A stretch of 63,994 nt of DNA, filler included, from Streblomastix strix (taxonomy: Eukaryota), in NCBI GenBank assembly GCA_008636045.1. It is 3 parts of 3 records of this genome, joined end to end, with 100 filler letters (N's around TTAATTAATTAA, not from the genome) between each part and the next. Parts side by side here need not be neighbours in the genome. Positions count along the whole stretch, not along the records: positions 21,815 to 43,522 come from SNRW01000358.1; positions 43,623 to 63,994 come from SNRW01000436.1; 1 more part is not named here. One strand, given 5' to 3'. The position numbers were made by a program, and so were the translations under genes. Positions 37,927-50,259 of this stretch are shown here, one piece after another (the first letter of the stretch is position 1; the number at the start of each line of letters is the position of its first letter). The notes beneath the pieces were generated by a model. It saw nothing but the letters and a program-made list of their open reading frames with translations. It had not been told where the DNA came from and made no database searches.

Positions 37927-39638
37927 ATGGATCGTTTTCTTGCAAAAGCAATCTAAGTTCAAGGATTAAATACAATTGATTCATAACTCGAGTCTAATAC
38001 AGTAGTACCATTCAAAAATGACGGATAACATCATTATTCAATTAAAGATATTAAACCTGAATTATAGATGCAAGCGTTGTTTGATAAAGAGATCATCATT
38101 AGTTTATCTGATAGTGATCATGATGTAATCCAAACATAAAATTCGTTCTTATCTATTGTGCTGACTGCTAATCTATAATTTGATAATAAGTTCGAATAAT
38201 TTGATGACTCATACAAGGATGGAGTAATATTATTTGTCGGATTAAAGTCAGGAAGCAATATAATTCGAGAATATACTGTATATCATCGTGAAAGAACTAT
38301 TAATGAAAGCTTGCAAAATGATGCAGCAATTGAATCATTCATCTATAACACTATTAAACCGAAGTCTGAAAAAAAAATAGAAAACATATTCATTCATTAT
38401 ATGAAAATATCCATAAATTTGATACATCTGCATGAGGAACTTATAATACTGTGAGAGAGATTGAAGAAGCTATTGGATAATAAACAAAAGTTCCATACTT
38501 AATGCCAGTTAGATTCAAAATCTAAGAACCTTTAGATGATTTGTTGATATTCTCAGCTATCAAGGATTATCCCAACGGAATGTTTGGAGATCTTAAGATT
38601 AAATTCAAGATTAATCCTAATGCATTTGTGATTGCATAAGTTCATCCAACAGTATCTTTGGCTAAATATTATACAATGAATAAGGATGAATTACTAAGTT
38701 CAGGTTAATAGAAGTTGATGGATATTGATTTATTCTTCCGTAATTGGAGCTTAACATTCTAAAATACGAAGCAATTTACATAACTTGGATGTGCGGCAGA
38801 TTTGATAATAAGTATCAGAACTGAATAACTTACTCCAAATGGATTGAACAATCTTGTTTGTGATATTTCACCAGTAACAGTTTCAATAAAGAATTACGAA
38901 GTAACTGAAGTAACTGCAAACATGGCTGGATATAAAGCAACAGATGCATGTCTTGCAAGAGTTAGAGATTTTTTCAGTACCAAAGCGTTTATAGTTCCAG
39001 CTTAGAGAGTTGAAACATGGCCATTCCCAATTTCAGCAACACTTACTCGAATAAGAACTTCATAAAATATTCCATTATCACATGTTACAGATTTTGTATT
39101 GTTATTCCCTAAAGATACAAAATGTATTACTTGTTTCGAAAATCCATGTTATTAAAATATGTAACTGATGACTTGTGGAAGAAGCTTCCCAGATATGCCC
39201 ATGAATACTATTGATTAATAATTCTTCCAGTTATAACGCAATGTAAATAATTTGGATCTATTATTTGAAGCAACAGATGAATTTGAAAACGCATTAACAA
39301 CTCCTGGAAATACTGCAACAAGAAGACTTAATGCTCATACAGATTTAACTTCTTTCATGATTTCGTTACAATGTAAGAGAAATAGTAATGGAACTCTAAC
39401 TTTTGATGGACTAGATACGATGAATCAAAATATTTCAATCGAACTTTTTGGTGCATTAATTTATCAAGGAGTAACTGATAATTATTAAAATGTTGATATT
39501 AATGGAAAAAGACCTCCACCACCAATTTTATGCACAGTTCATGATACATTCTGGTTGTTTAGTCCCAATCATGGAGGTTCATGCTATTATGATACAACAC
39601 ATTCATTTAACGAAGTTGTTAATGAAATTGGTGCGTGA
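37927..39638 (+). pseudogene. Putative major capsid protein (double jelly-roll type), ~570 aa; frameshift near 38375 and TGA at 38433
   Basis: Beta-rich ORF: QNSFLSIVLTANLQF, LFVGLKSGSNIIREYTVYH, PLDDLLIFSAIKDYPNGMFGDLKIKFKINP, FMISLQCKR..LTFDGLDT, ILCTVHDTFW. Size, position and resemblance to parabasalid-type Maverick capsid proteins support the call. Confidence 0.72.
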
Positions 39639-39699
39639 ATATGAAAAGTAATGAAAAAATAAAGAGTTTTAAATTTATTTTTGCTTTAATCTCAAAGAT

Positions 39700-40122
39700 A
39701 TGTTCGTTGCACCAAATAAAAAACATTTTATTATCACTCGTGATCAAATTTAAATCTAAGATCGATCATTTGTAAGAAGATTGCCCGTAGATTTTGTAAA
39801 TTCTTCGAATGACAGAAGAATAACATTCGTTTAATGCATAATTCCATTGAAGATTTAAAAATACGATCATGACCTACTTGCATAAAACGAACCTGATATA
39901 ACTCCAACAGAGCATAGAAAAATATCGTTACATTCGACAATTGTCAAAGAAGAATAATACAACGATTACTATGTTGGAATGTGTGATGAATAAAGAACTT
40001 AGATAATATTTCAGTAAATGAATCATTCTCCATTGATGTAGTTTTTGTTCAAAGATTACGACGGAAATTTATTTGTTACTAACCATTTGGACTTTATATT
40101 GGAGTTAGAGCTAAGATATTGA
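39700..40122 (+). CDS. Putative minor capsid (penton) protein, 140 aa
   Basis: Follows the MCP. C-terminus FLFKDYDGNLF...FILELELRY* matches the hxhxDxxG...hxLxh ending typical of Polinton pentons. Confidence 0.6.
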
Positions 40123-40166
40123 GCTAATTTTAGTGTATACAGTATTTTTTGTTAAATGAAACATTG

Positions 40167-40193
40167 TGACACGCTGTGACACGAGATGACACG
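40167..40193 (+). repeat. Three direct TGACACG repeats at 10-bp period (putative protein-binding site)
   Basis: TGACACG at 40167, 40177 and 40187. Confidence 0.75.
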
Positions 40194-40276
40194 TTTAATC
40201 TTTGACAGTCGATCAGGAAGTCGCTCTAGGACTCCGCTAAAAAACCATTGTTGAAAACATTCCAGAAATATAAATA

Positions 40277-40585
40277 ATGGAGAAATTTAATCCAGATCCT
40301 ATTGAATTTGAAAATGTTAACGAATTTAAGTAATATTTTGCATTAAACAAGGACGAAATGGAGAAGATATCAACGCTTAAATTGAACATTTAATTTTAAA
40401 TAAAAGGATGTTATAGAATTCCTTGATTGAAAGGAATAATATCGTTGAGATTGTGGCCTAAAGAATAGAAGTTAGAAAAATAATCTGAAACTATTGAGTA
40501 AATGTAGAATATTGACTAAAGATTAAAAAATTTAATAAATGCATTAATGATTAATAATATTATATCTGAAGAAGATTTAATATGA
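40277..40585 (+). pseudogene. Small Polinton protein with an in-frame TGA at 40424
   Basis: MEKFNPDPIEFENVNEFKQYFALNKDEMEKISTLKLNIQFQIKGCYRIP*LKGIISL...EEDLI*. Confidence 0.6.
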
Positions 40586-40588
40586 TTT

Positions 40589-41364
40589 TTATGTTACAAT
40601 TTCAATTGTAGTTCCATCATTATTATATATTACAAGTAAAGCTTCTCTTTTTGCAAGTTTTACATATTATTACCAAAATCTTCCTTATCAATTGGTATTG
40701 ACGACTTATAGAAGAATAAATTAAATTTTTATCTGTTAAATGCTCCAAAAAAATATATTGAGTCAACATTAGATTTAATTGCTGCATCAAGACCTATTAT
40801 ATCTTGTAAACAGAGGAAGTAAGTAATTCTTGGTTAACTGTTCTTAAATAATTTCTTGAAAAGAGAACTCGTTTTATTTTTGAAAATGGACATTGCATCA
40901 TCGAATAAAACAATTGTATGAGGTGATTTAATTCTAAAATCATTGGCTTCAGTTTTATTTAATATATTTTACTTAGACTCTTCTTAAAAATATTTATCAA
41001 TTTTTTGTTATACAACTTAATCATAAGCTTATTTTCCTTCAATCAATTCATCAAGAACACCATTAATTTCGACATATGGAACAATTTTAGTTGGACTTTC
41101 AAATAAATGTTTCATTTTTTGATATGTTTGATCGTTATTAGTGTCCGTAATATAAATAAATAAAGTATAACAATGAAATTTTAACTAACTAAGCTTAATA
41201 TGTTCTCTGAATACATTGTAAGTCTTTCCGTTACCACGTTATCCTATCAGTAAGTTAAAAGAGTTGTAAGTAAAATTAAGTTCTTTATGAATCAAAGATT
41301 AAATATCATGCTTGTCCTAATCAATATTTTCTAAAAGTGCATTTACATGCTTTGCTAATGCCAT
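40589..41364 (-). CDS. A32/FtsK-like genome-packaging ATPase
   Basis: Walker A LIGQRGNGKT, Walker B HTIVLFDDAM, then KNSQPRITYFLCLQD (the Arg-finger position reads Ser). No TGA at the expected end, so the 3' boundary is approximate. Confidence 0.88.
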
Positions 41365-41526
41365 TCGTATTTAATATTTAAGCAAATTCTTTATTACTAT
41401 GGTAATTTACGTTGATTAGCATAGCATTAGATCTGCGCCAATTTTTTAATTTTTTATTTTTTATTTTCTTTTTATTTTAAAATTTCATTTTAGTTTTCTT
41501 AGAAAGGCACCGTCCAAAAGATAATA

Positions 41527-42232
41527 ATGGAATTTGACAATATAACACCAAACAAAGATTCAGAAGATGATAACGGCATGATTAATCAAGAATTTATTTA
41601 ATACAGACTTAGCTTGCTTAATCAAGCAGTATAAATTATTGTCTATATTAAGAATATCTAACAAAAATTGAAGACAATTCGAAAATATATTGAAAATGCT
41701 AAGATATTGAACTTTATAGAAGATAGTTTAATCGATTCATATCGTGATCTTATGTATGAACATTCAAGAAGATTAAAAAATAAAAAGTTATCTAAAAAGA
41801 CATTAATTGACATTAATAATATGCGAAATAAGTTGTAAGACTAGCATGAAAAAGATATTTAAATTATTTATTAATATAACTAATCAAATTAAGAAAGATT
41901 GACAAAATTCTATGATGAACATGCTGGAAAACCGTTGAATGCAATTTTATATCTTGGAAAAATTAATTCCAACTACGATAGCTTTAGTGTAGTAAGACGG
42001 AATTATTCACATTGAAAGAGACAACGAAATTGTATACATGCTGCCTATGTAAAGTGCCGAGAACACGTACGAACTAATAAAGAATGATGACATTCTCACA
42101 ATAATGGCACTCACTCGCTCAAAAACCAAAATTGCAACAATTAAAGTCAATGACAAGTTTTTGCCAGTAGCAATAACAGAAATACCAATTGATACACACC
42201 AACAGATATCCATCAAACGGAGATCTTGCTGA
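41527..42232 (+). pseudogene. Uncharacterised Polinton-terminal ORF(s), frameshift near 42005
   Basis: MEFDNITPNKDSEDDNGMINQEFIQYRL...HAGKPLNAILYLGKINS, then HIERDNEIVYMLP...KRRSC*. Confidence 0.5.
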
Positions 42233-42932
42233 ATAAATTACTCAGTTCGTAAAAACCCTAGTAAGTGGGCAAGTAAATTTCACGGGGGAGTGAGTTTAAC
42301 TTATTCATTCACAAAATAATTCGCTCATCAATTAAAATCCATTAGTATGAATACAAAGTATATCTTCACAAATAATTATATATATTTTACTTTTAACTTT
42401 CAAATATGTATCCTTAGGCGTAACAAAAAACATAAACTTTAAATTCACTTTTTTCAGTCAAAACAATTTATTAATCTCTAATGCCAGCAAAATCAACTCA
42501 AAACACCACTATGTCAAAACACCCCCAGATTGATAGTGACGCACGGAGACGGTTGTTTGCATCTTGATTTTACAAAATATGACCATTTCTGTCACTTCCA
42601 GCTCAAAACTGTTCTACAAACACAATTCGTCATGCAAAACAGCTCTATCAGCATTACTTTTTAAATTAATTTTCAAAATTTAATCAAAGGAGCGGACGGC
42701 GCTTTTCCTACATTATTGATATTTTTGTAATTTTTTTTAGTAATATAATGGTTTAAACCTAACAATATATATTTTTGTAATTTAGAAATCTTACCACATC
42801 AGTTATAATTATTATACATCAATTTAATTGAACATTTAAAAATTTAAATATATATTTTTAATAAACTATTAATAATAATAATAATTTTAGATTTTTATTT
42901 TTAGTTTGAAAATTTTCAGTTACAAGTTCAAA

Positions 42933-43522
42933 ATGAGCTATGGAAGATAGTTTTGGATCATAATCAAGTTAAAACTCTCATTATTTTAGTATTAATGCAG
43001 GTATATAACATCATTCTCAGTTACAATCACCTTCAAAAGTTGAAAATTAATTAATAAATTTTCCTCGAATTGATAGATAAAAACCTCATCTTCGAATTAA
43101 TGCCAAACCATTTATTCCTAAAGCAAAATAATAATACCATCCCATGCTAAATACTCTATTAATTGTTGAATAATAATAATAAATACCTATAGCCATTAAT
43201 TAAATCTCAGTTTTAAACTTTTAATAATAATAAAAATAAACAAATTTATTTTATTATAAAGGGAAATATTGTTGAAAATTGAAAGTATTTCAATTAATAA
43301 TTATTATTTACTTTGTTTACTATTTATTTATACAGGATCCAACCAAACGACAAAGGATTGATTAGTTATTTGAATCTGACATTATTTAAATTTAAGCTTT
43401 ATCTGAAAAATTGATTGAAGAGAAAAAATTTAAAAAAATTCGGGAATTAATTATTACTAAAAGATTTCAGAGTAAAAATCATAAATTAATTATTATTTTT
43501 TATTCTTCAGTTCAGAGTTAAA
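42933..43522 (+). pseudogene. Host-gene fragment with a PAM2-like motif and a kinase-tail-like segment, truncated at the contig end
   Basis: HLRINAKPFIPK at ~43087-43122; after a CAG acceptor, DPTKRQRIDQLFESDII. The ATG is out of frame with the main reading. Confidence 0.3.
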
Positions 43523-43622
43523 NNNNNNNNNNNNNNNNNNNNNNNNNNNNNNNNNNNNNNNNNNNNTTAATTAATTAANNNNNNNNNNNNNNNNNNNNNN
43601 NNNNNNNNNNNNNNNNNNNNNN
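43523..43622. other. Artificial contig-joining linker N44-TTAATTAATTAA-N44
   Basis: Same structure as 21715-21814. Confidence 0.97.
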
Positions 43623-43697
43623 CAAATATTATTATATAATTATATATTATTTTAATATTCATATTCATTTTTTACTTATTTTATATTTTTCAAACAG

Positions 43698-43750
43698 GTG
43701 GTGCAATTGCGGGAATAATTATTGCTGCAATTGTTGTAATAGTTGTTGTT
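43698..43750 (+). other. Truncated exon encoding a type I TM anchor (GAIAGIIIAAIVVIVVV), inverted relative to the adjoining gene
   Basis: AT-rich intron and CAG acceptor (43695-43697) followed by a TM-coding segment that stops abruptly where the minus-strand gene's ectodomain sequence takes over. Confidence 0.65.
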
Positions 43751-46700
43751 CCTCCTTCTGCAATAATATTCTTTACATATTCTGGATATCTACGCAACTC
43801 GCGAGTTCTTCTGTCGTCTTCATCATATTCTTCATCGCTATCATCTTCATCACTCAAAGTCTTTATTTCGGTTGGAATCAATTTCTTTCTTCCTTCTGCT
43901 ACTGCTGCTTCATAAACACTGTTCTCTTCAAATAGAGTTGAGTTCGTGAGATCAGCATCAACACCATCCAATACAAGAGCTCCATCAACACCAAGTCCTA
44001 CAAATGTAGAATCACTTATCCTGAGTTTACCACCTTTAACTCTTATAGCTGGATATTTCCAATTGAACTTATCAGGTACTGCTACATCCAAAGTATCTGT
44101 TAATTCTTCTATATTATTAATGGGTTTATCATTTTCTTTTCCACATTTTCCTTTTTCTTCTTCTTCATCATTCAAATATTCATTCTTATCCTTAATTCCA
44201 ACTTTCGCATCTATTGAAGGAACCCAACCTCGTCCATCTATTGTAACATTATTGATCTTAGCTTCTCCAGATGGATGAAGATTCAAATTGAGGATATGAG
44301 ATCCTCCATATTTTCTTCCAATCTTTTTAACTTACACGTTCTCAATTGTTGCATATTACAAAGGACCACTGACATCAATAAGAGGTTTATCACCGCTGGA
44401 AATCCAATCACCAAATTTGATACCCTAAAGAGAAAGTGAATATCCAGATGTCACACTTACAAATGGATTAACAAGGATTTCAGATGCGGTTGTTTTCTCT
44501 AAACTTCTAAGATAGTAATCATAGTTAATCTTATCATCACTCTTCTTTAGCTTTGAGGCTTCTTTCCTAAACGTTGATGATGTTAGTTTTCCAACTCCAG
44601 ATTCTACTAATCTTCGCTATGCAACTTAGAAGCCAACATTTTCGAGAATTAAAACAGCATCTTCTGAAGATTATGAAATAACACTATATCCAAGTGCTTT
44701 CTGAATGAATGTAATTCCACGAAGAGTTAAATGACCTCCAGAAATAACACTTACTTATGCACTATTATCAACCTGGAACACACTACTTGCTCCAATATAA
44801 GTTCTCTTATTATCAACTGTAATTGGATTTTCGACTGTCAGTGATGTTAATGATGAAAATTCACCATTTTTAGTTTCCCAATCGTTTCTAAGAAGAATTG
44901 TATCATATTAACCTGGATAACTCTCCCCAGGAATCTGCAGCAAAGGACTGTCTGCTACAGCTGATACACAATGATCGAATACTTCACGTGGATTGATTTC
45001 CACACCAATGAATCTTATAATCTTCGCTGAAACTGTATCCCTTCCTATTGCATAGAATTCGACATTCTTGAATTTGAGTGAATCTGGTTTGTTCTCAACT
45101 GTAATTGATGCTAATCTGGTGTGATAGAGCATAAATGGAGTTGTTGCTGTTCGTGCATCAAACACAGTGTCAGTCACTTCAAATACACTTCCTGATCCAA
45201 TTGTGATGTTCATGAGTATCTGAGACATGTATTCAATATATTGTGGGAATGTAACTGAGCATCCATTTGTCAGTTTGAATGTTTTTATGGCTTGACTTGT
45301 CTCTATAAATGACACAAACGATCCAATTATAATGAAACTTGCATGGTTTGCTTCAAAGGAACCAAATTCAGTTATAGTTACGACGGAAAATCTTTCAGGG
45401 TTGGACGTTCCTGCTACAGTAGATTATCCACTTGTTATTACTCCATTCAAAGTCAGTGACCCTGAACTGATCAAATAAACAGACCGAGGTTGATTATTTA
45501 ATGGAATCACTGTTATGATTCGTGATGCTTCAGTACTATAGTAAGGGCTCAGACATTCAGATGGATCTCCAATAGTCACTTTGTCATCCAGTATATAGAG
45601 TGTGTTTGTTATTGAGTAGTCTTGTCTGTATAGAACAACATTCAGTTCTCCTTTGGTGCTTCTGGCATTCACTGCATAGTCAAGTGTCTTCAGTGGTGAT
45701 TCAAAAGATCCGATTATTGCATCTGGGTGGTCTGGATCATATGGAAGGTCTTCTCCGCCTGATCTTACATGGACCTGAAATATGATTATTTAATAATAGA
45801 AATATGGAATAGTAAAATTGCTATGATTTATTAAATAACAAAATAAATAAATTTATAGTATGATTTATTAAATATTATGAAATCATATTAATTTCTTTTT
45901 GTAATAATAACAATATTCAAACCTCGCTCCTATATGGATAATATGTTTCAGCTATATATGCATTAATTGGTACCAACACTTCAAGAGCATTCACTTGCAA
46001 AGAATCATTACTCTATCCTCCTCTTTAAACATTGTTTATTATATATTATGCATTACCTCTAATGATTAGTATATCATTTGCTTTATTATCTGATTCCAAA
46101 TCATTTGCTCTGTTCAATGAGAACAAGTTGTTGTTAATATTGAATCGAGGTGATCCCGATGTAGAGTTTATGAAAATGGCACCTGCTGTTAATCCTTTGC
46201 AGTTCTCAAACACATTATGTTGAATTGTTGTATTAACTGACGCTATTGGATTGGTGATTCTGATTGCACCTGCTGCTTCTGTTCCTGCGTTACTGTTTCT
46301 GAATATGTTCGATGCGATATAGAACTAATCTTGTGATCCATCTTCAACAGAAATAGCTGGACCATTGGTAAAATCAGTGAAAGTGTTCCCTCGAATGACA
46401 TTTAACATGTATTAGCCAGTTTGGAAGATGAACATCGCATGATTTTTATCATCGCTGCTGTAGAATTATGCTCCTCTGAAAATACTTGTACTGATCAGAT
46501 TCTACCCATTCTCACCGCTTCTGATGAAAGGTCCGGTCTACTGTAGTATTCCAGTGAAGATGCATTTCTCAATCCTTAATGTTGAACTAACTTGCACCCC
46601 TGATGTTAAAGAATATGTTTGTGTAATCGCTCCTCCGTCTCTAAACTTCCCTCCGTTGAAAGCACAGTTCGTAACATACAAGTTTGTATATCTTCCAAGA

Positions 46701-49411
46701 GTCTTGATGTATGAAAATTCAGTTAAAGAGTCTCCATGCAAACTTATATCATTGAAAACGCACCCATCGATGTTGATACCGCCAACTAAGTTGTCTTAAT
46801 ATCCACTATTGACATTAATCAGATACGGAGCTCTTGATTCTTCAGTTCTCTCAAATGTCAGCCATCGAATAGTAGGTGGATTTGAGCTAGATATAAGAAT
46901 AGGATTGTAATTATCTTCTGTTTTGAGGTATCCTTATGAACTTATTGGATCTGTAGCTTATAATTTTCCTTGGAATATAATGTTAATAGTTGTGATATTG
47001 TATCCACCCATTATATGTGTACCAGTAAGAGTTATTGGATATTATGGGTAGTTAGCGAATCTGTAAGCATAAGCTAATTGTGCTTATATAGATCTGAATT
47101 TTAATGGTTCTGGGTTAGTTCCAACTTTCTCCAGTACAATTGGTTGTGTTCCATCTGAATCATTAGGATCCCAAGTTACAATTGATGGACGATAGTAGAT
47201 TCCGCCAACACCAAATAAACTGGCCATAATAGTTGTACTACTACCTGCAGTTATATCATGTCTCATAGAATAAAGCAGTGGATCAGTGCTTAGATACTGA
47301 TTCCCATTAAAAGAGCATCCATCAATCTTTAAATTGCTTGGCAAGAAATTAGGGAAACCAGTCCCCCAACCTCCAGCGTACATTGCACCAGCTAATCTTC
47401 CTTGATTGTTGATGAATTGGTTTCTTTGCAAGTCAATAACTGGGACAACTGGAGGACTTGGAACAGGATCAGCAATGTTTAGATACAAACCACCTACAGC
47501 GCTTGATGATGTTTGATTAATTGGTCCATTTCCGCTGAAAATGTTGTCTGTAACTGAGATGGAAATTATTGTAACAGGAATTTGTGTTATAGCTAAGATT
47601 CCAGATGAATTAGTACCGAGTTTATTATCTGTGAAGTTGCTGTTCTTGATTACAACTTAGAGTGGAGATGCAATTCTCACTGCTGTATCAGTTGTTGCAA
47701 AGTACCCATCTGAAAAAGTGCACCTATCTATGAAGATATGACTTGCAGTAGCACTCACAAATCCAGAACATCTGATACCAGTTAATAGATTGGTTGAGAA
47801 GTCGACATCAGTTAAACTCAAAGTGCCTCTTTCAACTAAGAAGAACTGACTTGATCTCGCATCTAGACTACCATCAATGTTTCCTTATATGATTCTGAAG
47901 CTGCTCATCGTCAATCTCGCATTGGTTATAACATGGAATGAGAAGGACTATTGATTCACCCATCTGATCAGATTGTATATTGTGGGTTTAGCTTCAACAG
48001 ATCCAATTATCAGTTCTTTGAAGTTGCTGATCTCAGTTCTGTCATTCAGATTGTATGTATTCCCACGAAGTATTATTCTTCCTCCTGAGTCTGTAAGAGC
48101 TTCTGAAGCTAATGTAAAAGTAGGATAAGTACTCTCACCTTATCCATCTGTTTATACATATGCGGTTCTACTGTTAGTCAAGAAGGGAAGTTTGTTATCT
48201 CCTTTTAAAGATACATAGAATGGAACTTGGTTACTGTATGTTTCATTAGTTGAGTATTTGCTTACATCCATCTAATGTGCTTCGTAACATAAATTAAATG
48301 GATCAGCACCCAATTAGCTGCTCAAATCTTCAAAAGTGAAAACACCGCTCGCTTTTTTCTATGGGAAGAATTATGATTATGTGAACTTGTTTCTGGTGAA
48401 TTAAACATTGTTGAAAGTTATTGGACTTCGACTTTTTCCTTTGAAAGCAATCGCCCCTGCAACTGTCCCTGTATTCTCCAGGAATCTTGTGTTCTATATC
48501 AGGATGAATCCATTTGATGTTTCTGTCGGATTGTCAATGAAATCAACAAAAACTGCTCCACTCATTGCGCCAAAGCCAGAATAGACATTACCTTAGAATA
48601 TACAATCTGAGATTGTAAGCTATGTATCTGGTGAAGCTCGTGCATACACAGCAGGTGTATAGAATATGTCAATTTCTGATGTTGACTTCTGATTCACATT
48701 ATTGATTAAGTTGAGCTTTTTAATGTTAGCAGTCTTGCAACCTGACAGCTGAATGCCAGAATATTTTGGTCCTTATTATGTTCCAGTTATTTATTGATTC
48801 GTTTCTAAACCTTCATCTCCTATACTGAAATCAACTTCATTTGCTCTGATTTAAAATCCTGTTTATGCTCCAGTATAAATCCATCTTATTATATTAAGTG
48901 CTCCTTTTGTAATGTCAATTATATTCCCACCACTGAATGTAGGAATTTAATCATCAGAGTTCCCTCCAATTGTAAATAAACAATTTGATGCTTGAATCAG
49001 TGGAACAGTAATGTCTGTGGCAATATTTGGTCTGAGGTAACTTCCATTCAGTATTGTCAATATAGAACCTGAGTATTAGAACAATCCCGAGTTGCCACCA
49101 TCTTGCAAAGTTATGTCTTGGAGGGTTAGAGCAAGATTTTCTCCACCAAGATTAAAGAGAGTGGAATCCGAAACAGATGATGTGATAATGCCGTTGTTTA
49201 TTCCTCTAATAATTATGTTCTTTTCTTTGAGTTTTAAGTTATTAATCTGACTTAAGACGTTAACTGTCCCATCAACTGTAATGACGTGTTTTGGATCTGA
49301 TTCCTCAAGTGCTATGCTCTCAAATGCAGCAATAAGCTCATTTTCATTATTAACAGAGAAATTTTCTGCGTTTATAGTAGTAAGTGCAGCGAAAATAACG
49401 AATATTAACAT
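43751..49411 (-). CDS. Large secreted/surface parallel beta-helix (pectin-lyase/Pmp-like) protein, 3'-truncated; intron ~45777-45922
   Basis: Signal peptide MLIFVIFAALTTINA; repeated FxxN..GAI/GGAI motifs; YGSRPPRCNN/DPDHPD..GSF-type domain starts. Continuous frame with TAR=Gln that joins several supplied ORFs. Confidence 0.8.
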
Positions 49412-50259
49412 CCTGCAATAAAAAAAAGTAAAAAAAAGTTATTCATTTAATTTGTAAAAGTTACGAACAGTGAACAATAAATAAACATGATTTTGAAAAA
49501 TTTTAAAGTAAAGTTATGATTATCGTGATTTAATATATTTTGTTAAACGTTACTTAACTCGTGGTATAATTTATCGATAATCTTCGATTTTCTTGTGTAT
49601 TAATAGGTTAAATAACATATATCGATATGAAGAATATTATGTATCTTAAACTACAGGAAATCATATGCTTTAAGCATACAAATAAACACCAGAACGCGCA
49701 AAACAGGAAACGGCCCCATACTGCTGTTTTATATTAAATAAAAATTTTCTGTAAACTACAGTGTACAATTCATTTTATAAAAAATATTTTGAGTTTGATT
49801 TAATATTTTATTTGATTTAAGGGAAAAGATTAATTAGGAATTTTTACACTAATTTGCTAATATGGATATTTTATTATATTTATTGAAACTTATGATATAA
49901 GCAATTAATATATCATTATTTATTCACTGATTGTGAAAACATAGAGCGAATTCCACAAACTTTTATTTTGACACTTTTTACTCTCATTGTTCATTTTTAT
50001 TTATCTAATTTAAATCCATTTTTTTGAGTAATATTTTTAGCTATATTAAGTATAAGTATTTTCTACCATTTTAAAATGTTAACAACATCATAAAACAAGA
50101 AATATTTTTCTTTTTATAATTTGCTTTGCGAAATTCACTGAACAATAAATATACATTAATTTTTATATTTTTTGCATAAAATATGTATTCTATTAAGTTT
50201 TTGATAATTTTGCTTTTTTTATAATCTATAACTTTTTATATTTCAGAGTTTTTTGATAA

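Larger units (their letters stand above)
22595..42295. mobile_element. Polinton/Maverick-type endogenous DNA virus, near-complete gene set but decaying; boundaries approximate, no TIR pair found
   Basis: Compact intronless gene block with pPolB, rve integrase, A32 ATPase, putative major and minor capsid proteins and a fibre. Multiple frameshifts and in-frame TGA codons. Confidence 0.9.

Noticed and set aside
26763..38435. TGA at apparent Cys positions (26763, 38433), suggesting TGA recoding or selenocysteine
   Set aside because: Other in-frame TGAs replace Gly/Arg, frameshifts are frequent and TGA terminates all intact genes; decay explains them.
22160..42300. Possible terminal inverted repeats (cctccctaccc at ~22171, AGTAGT at ~22485, cacgggggagt at ~42281)
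   Set aside because: No extended reverse-complement match between the ends; the left candidates lie within apparent host exons, and no target-site duplication was identified.
42480..42710. GC-richer segment right of the Polinton that might be an ncRNA or small ORF
   Set aside because: No tRNA, snRNA or rRNA signature or convincing protein motif recognised.
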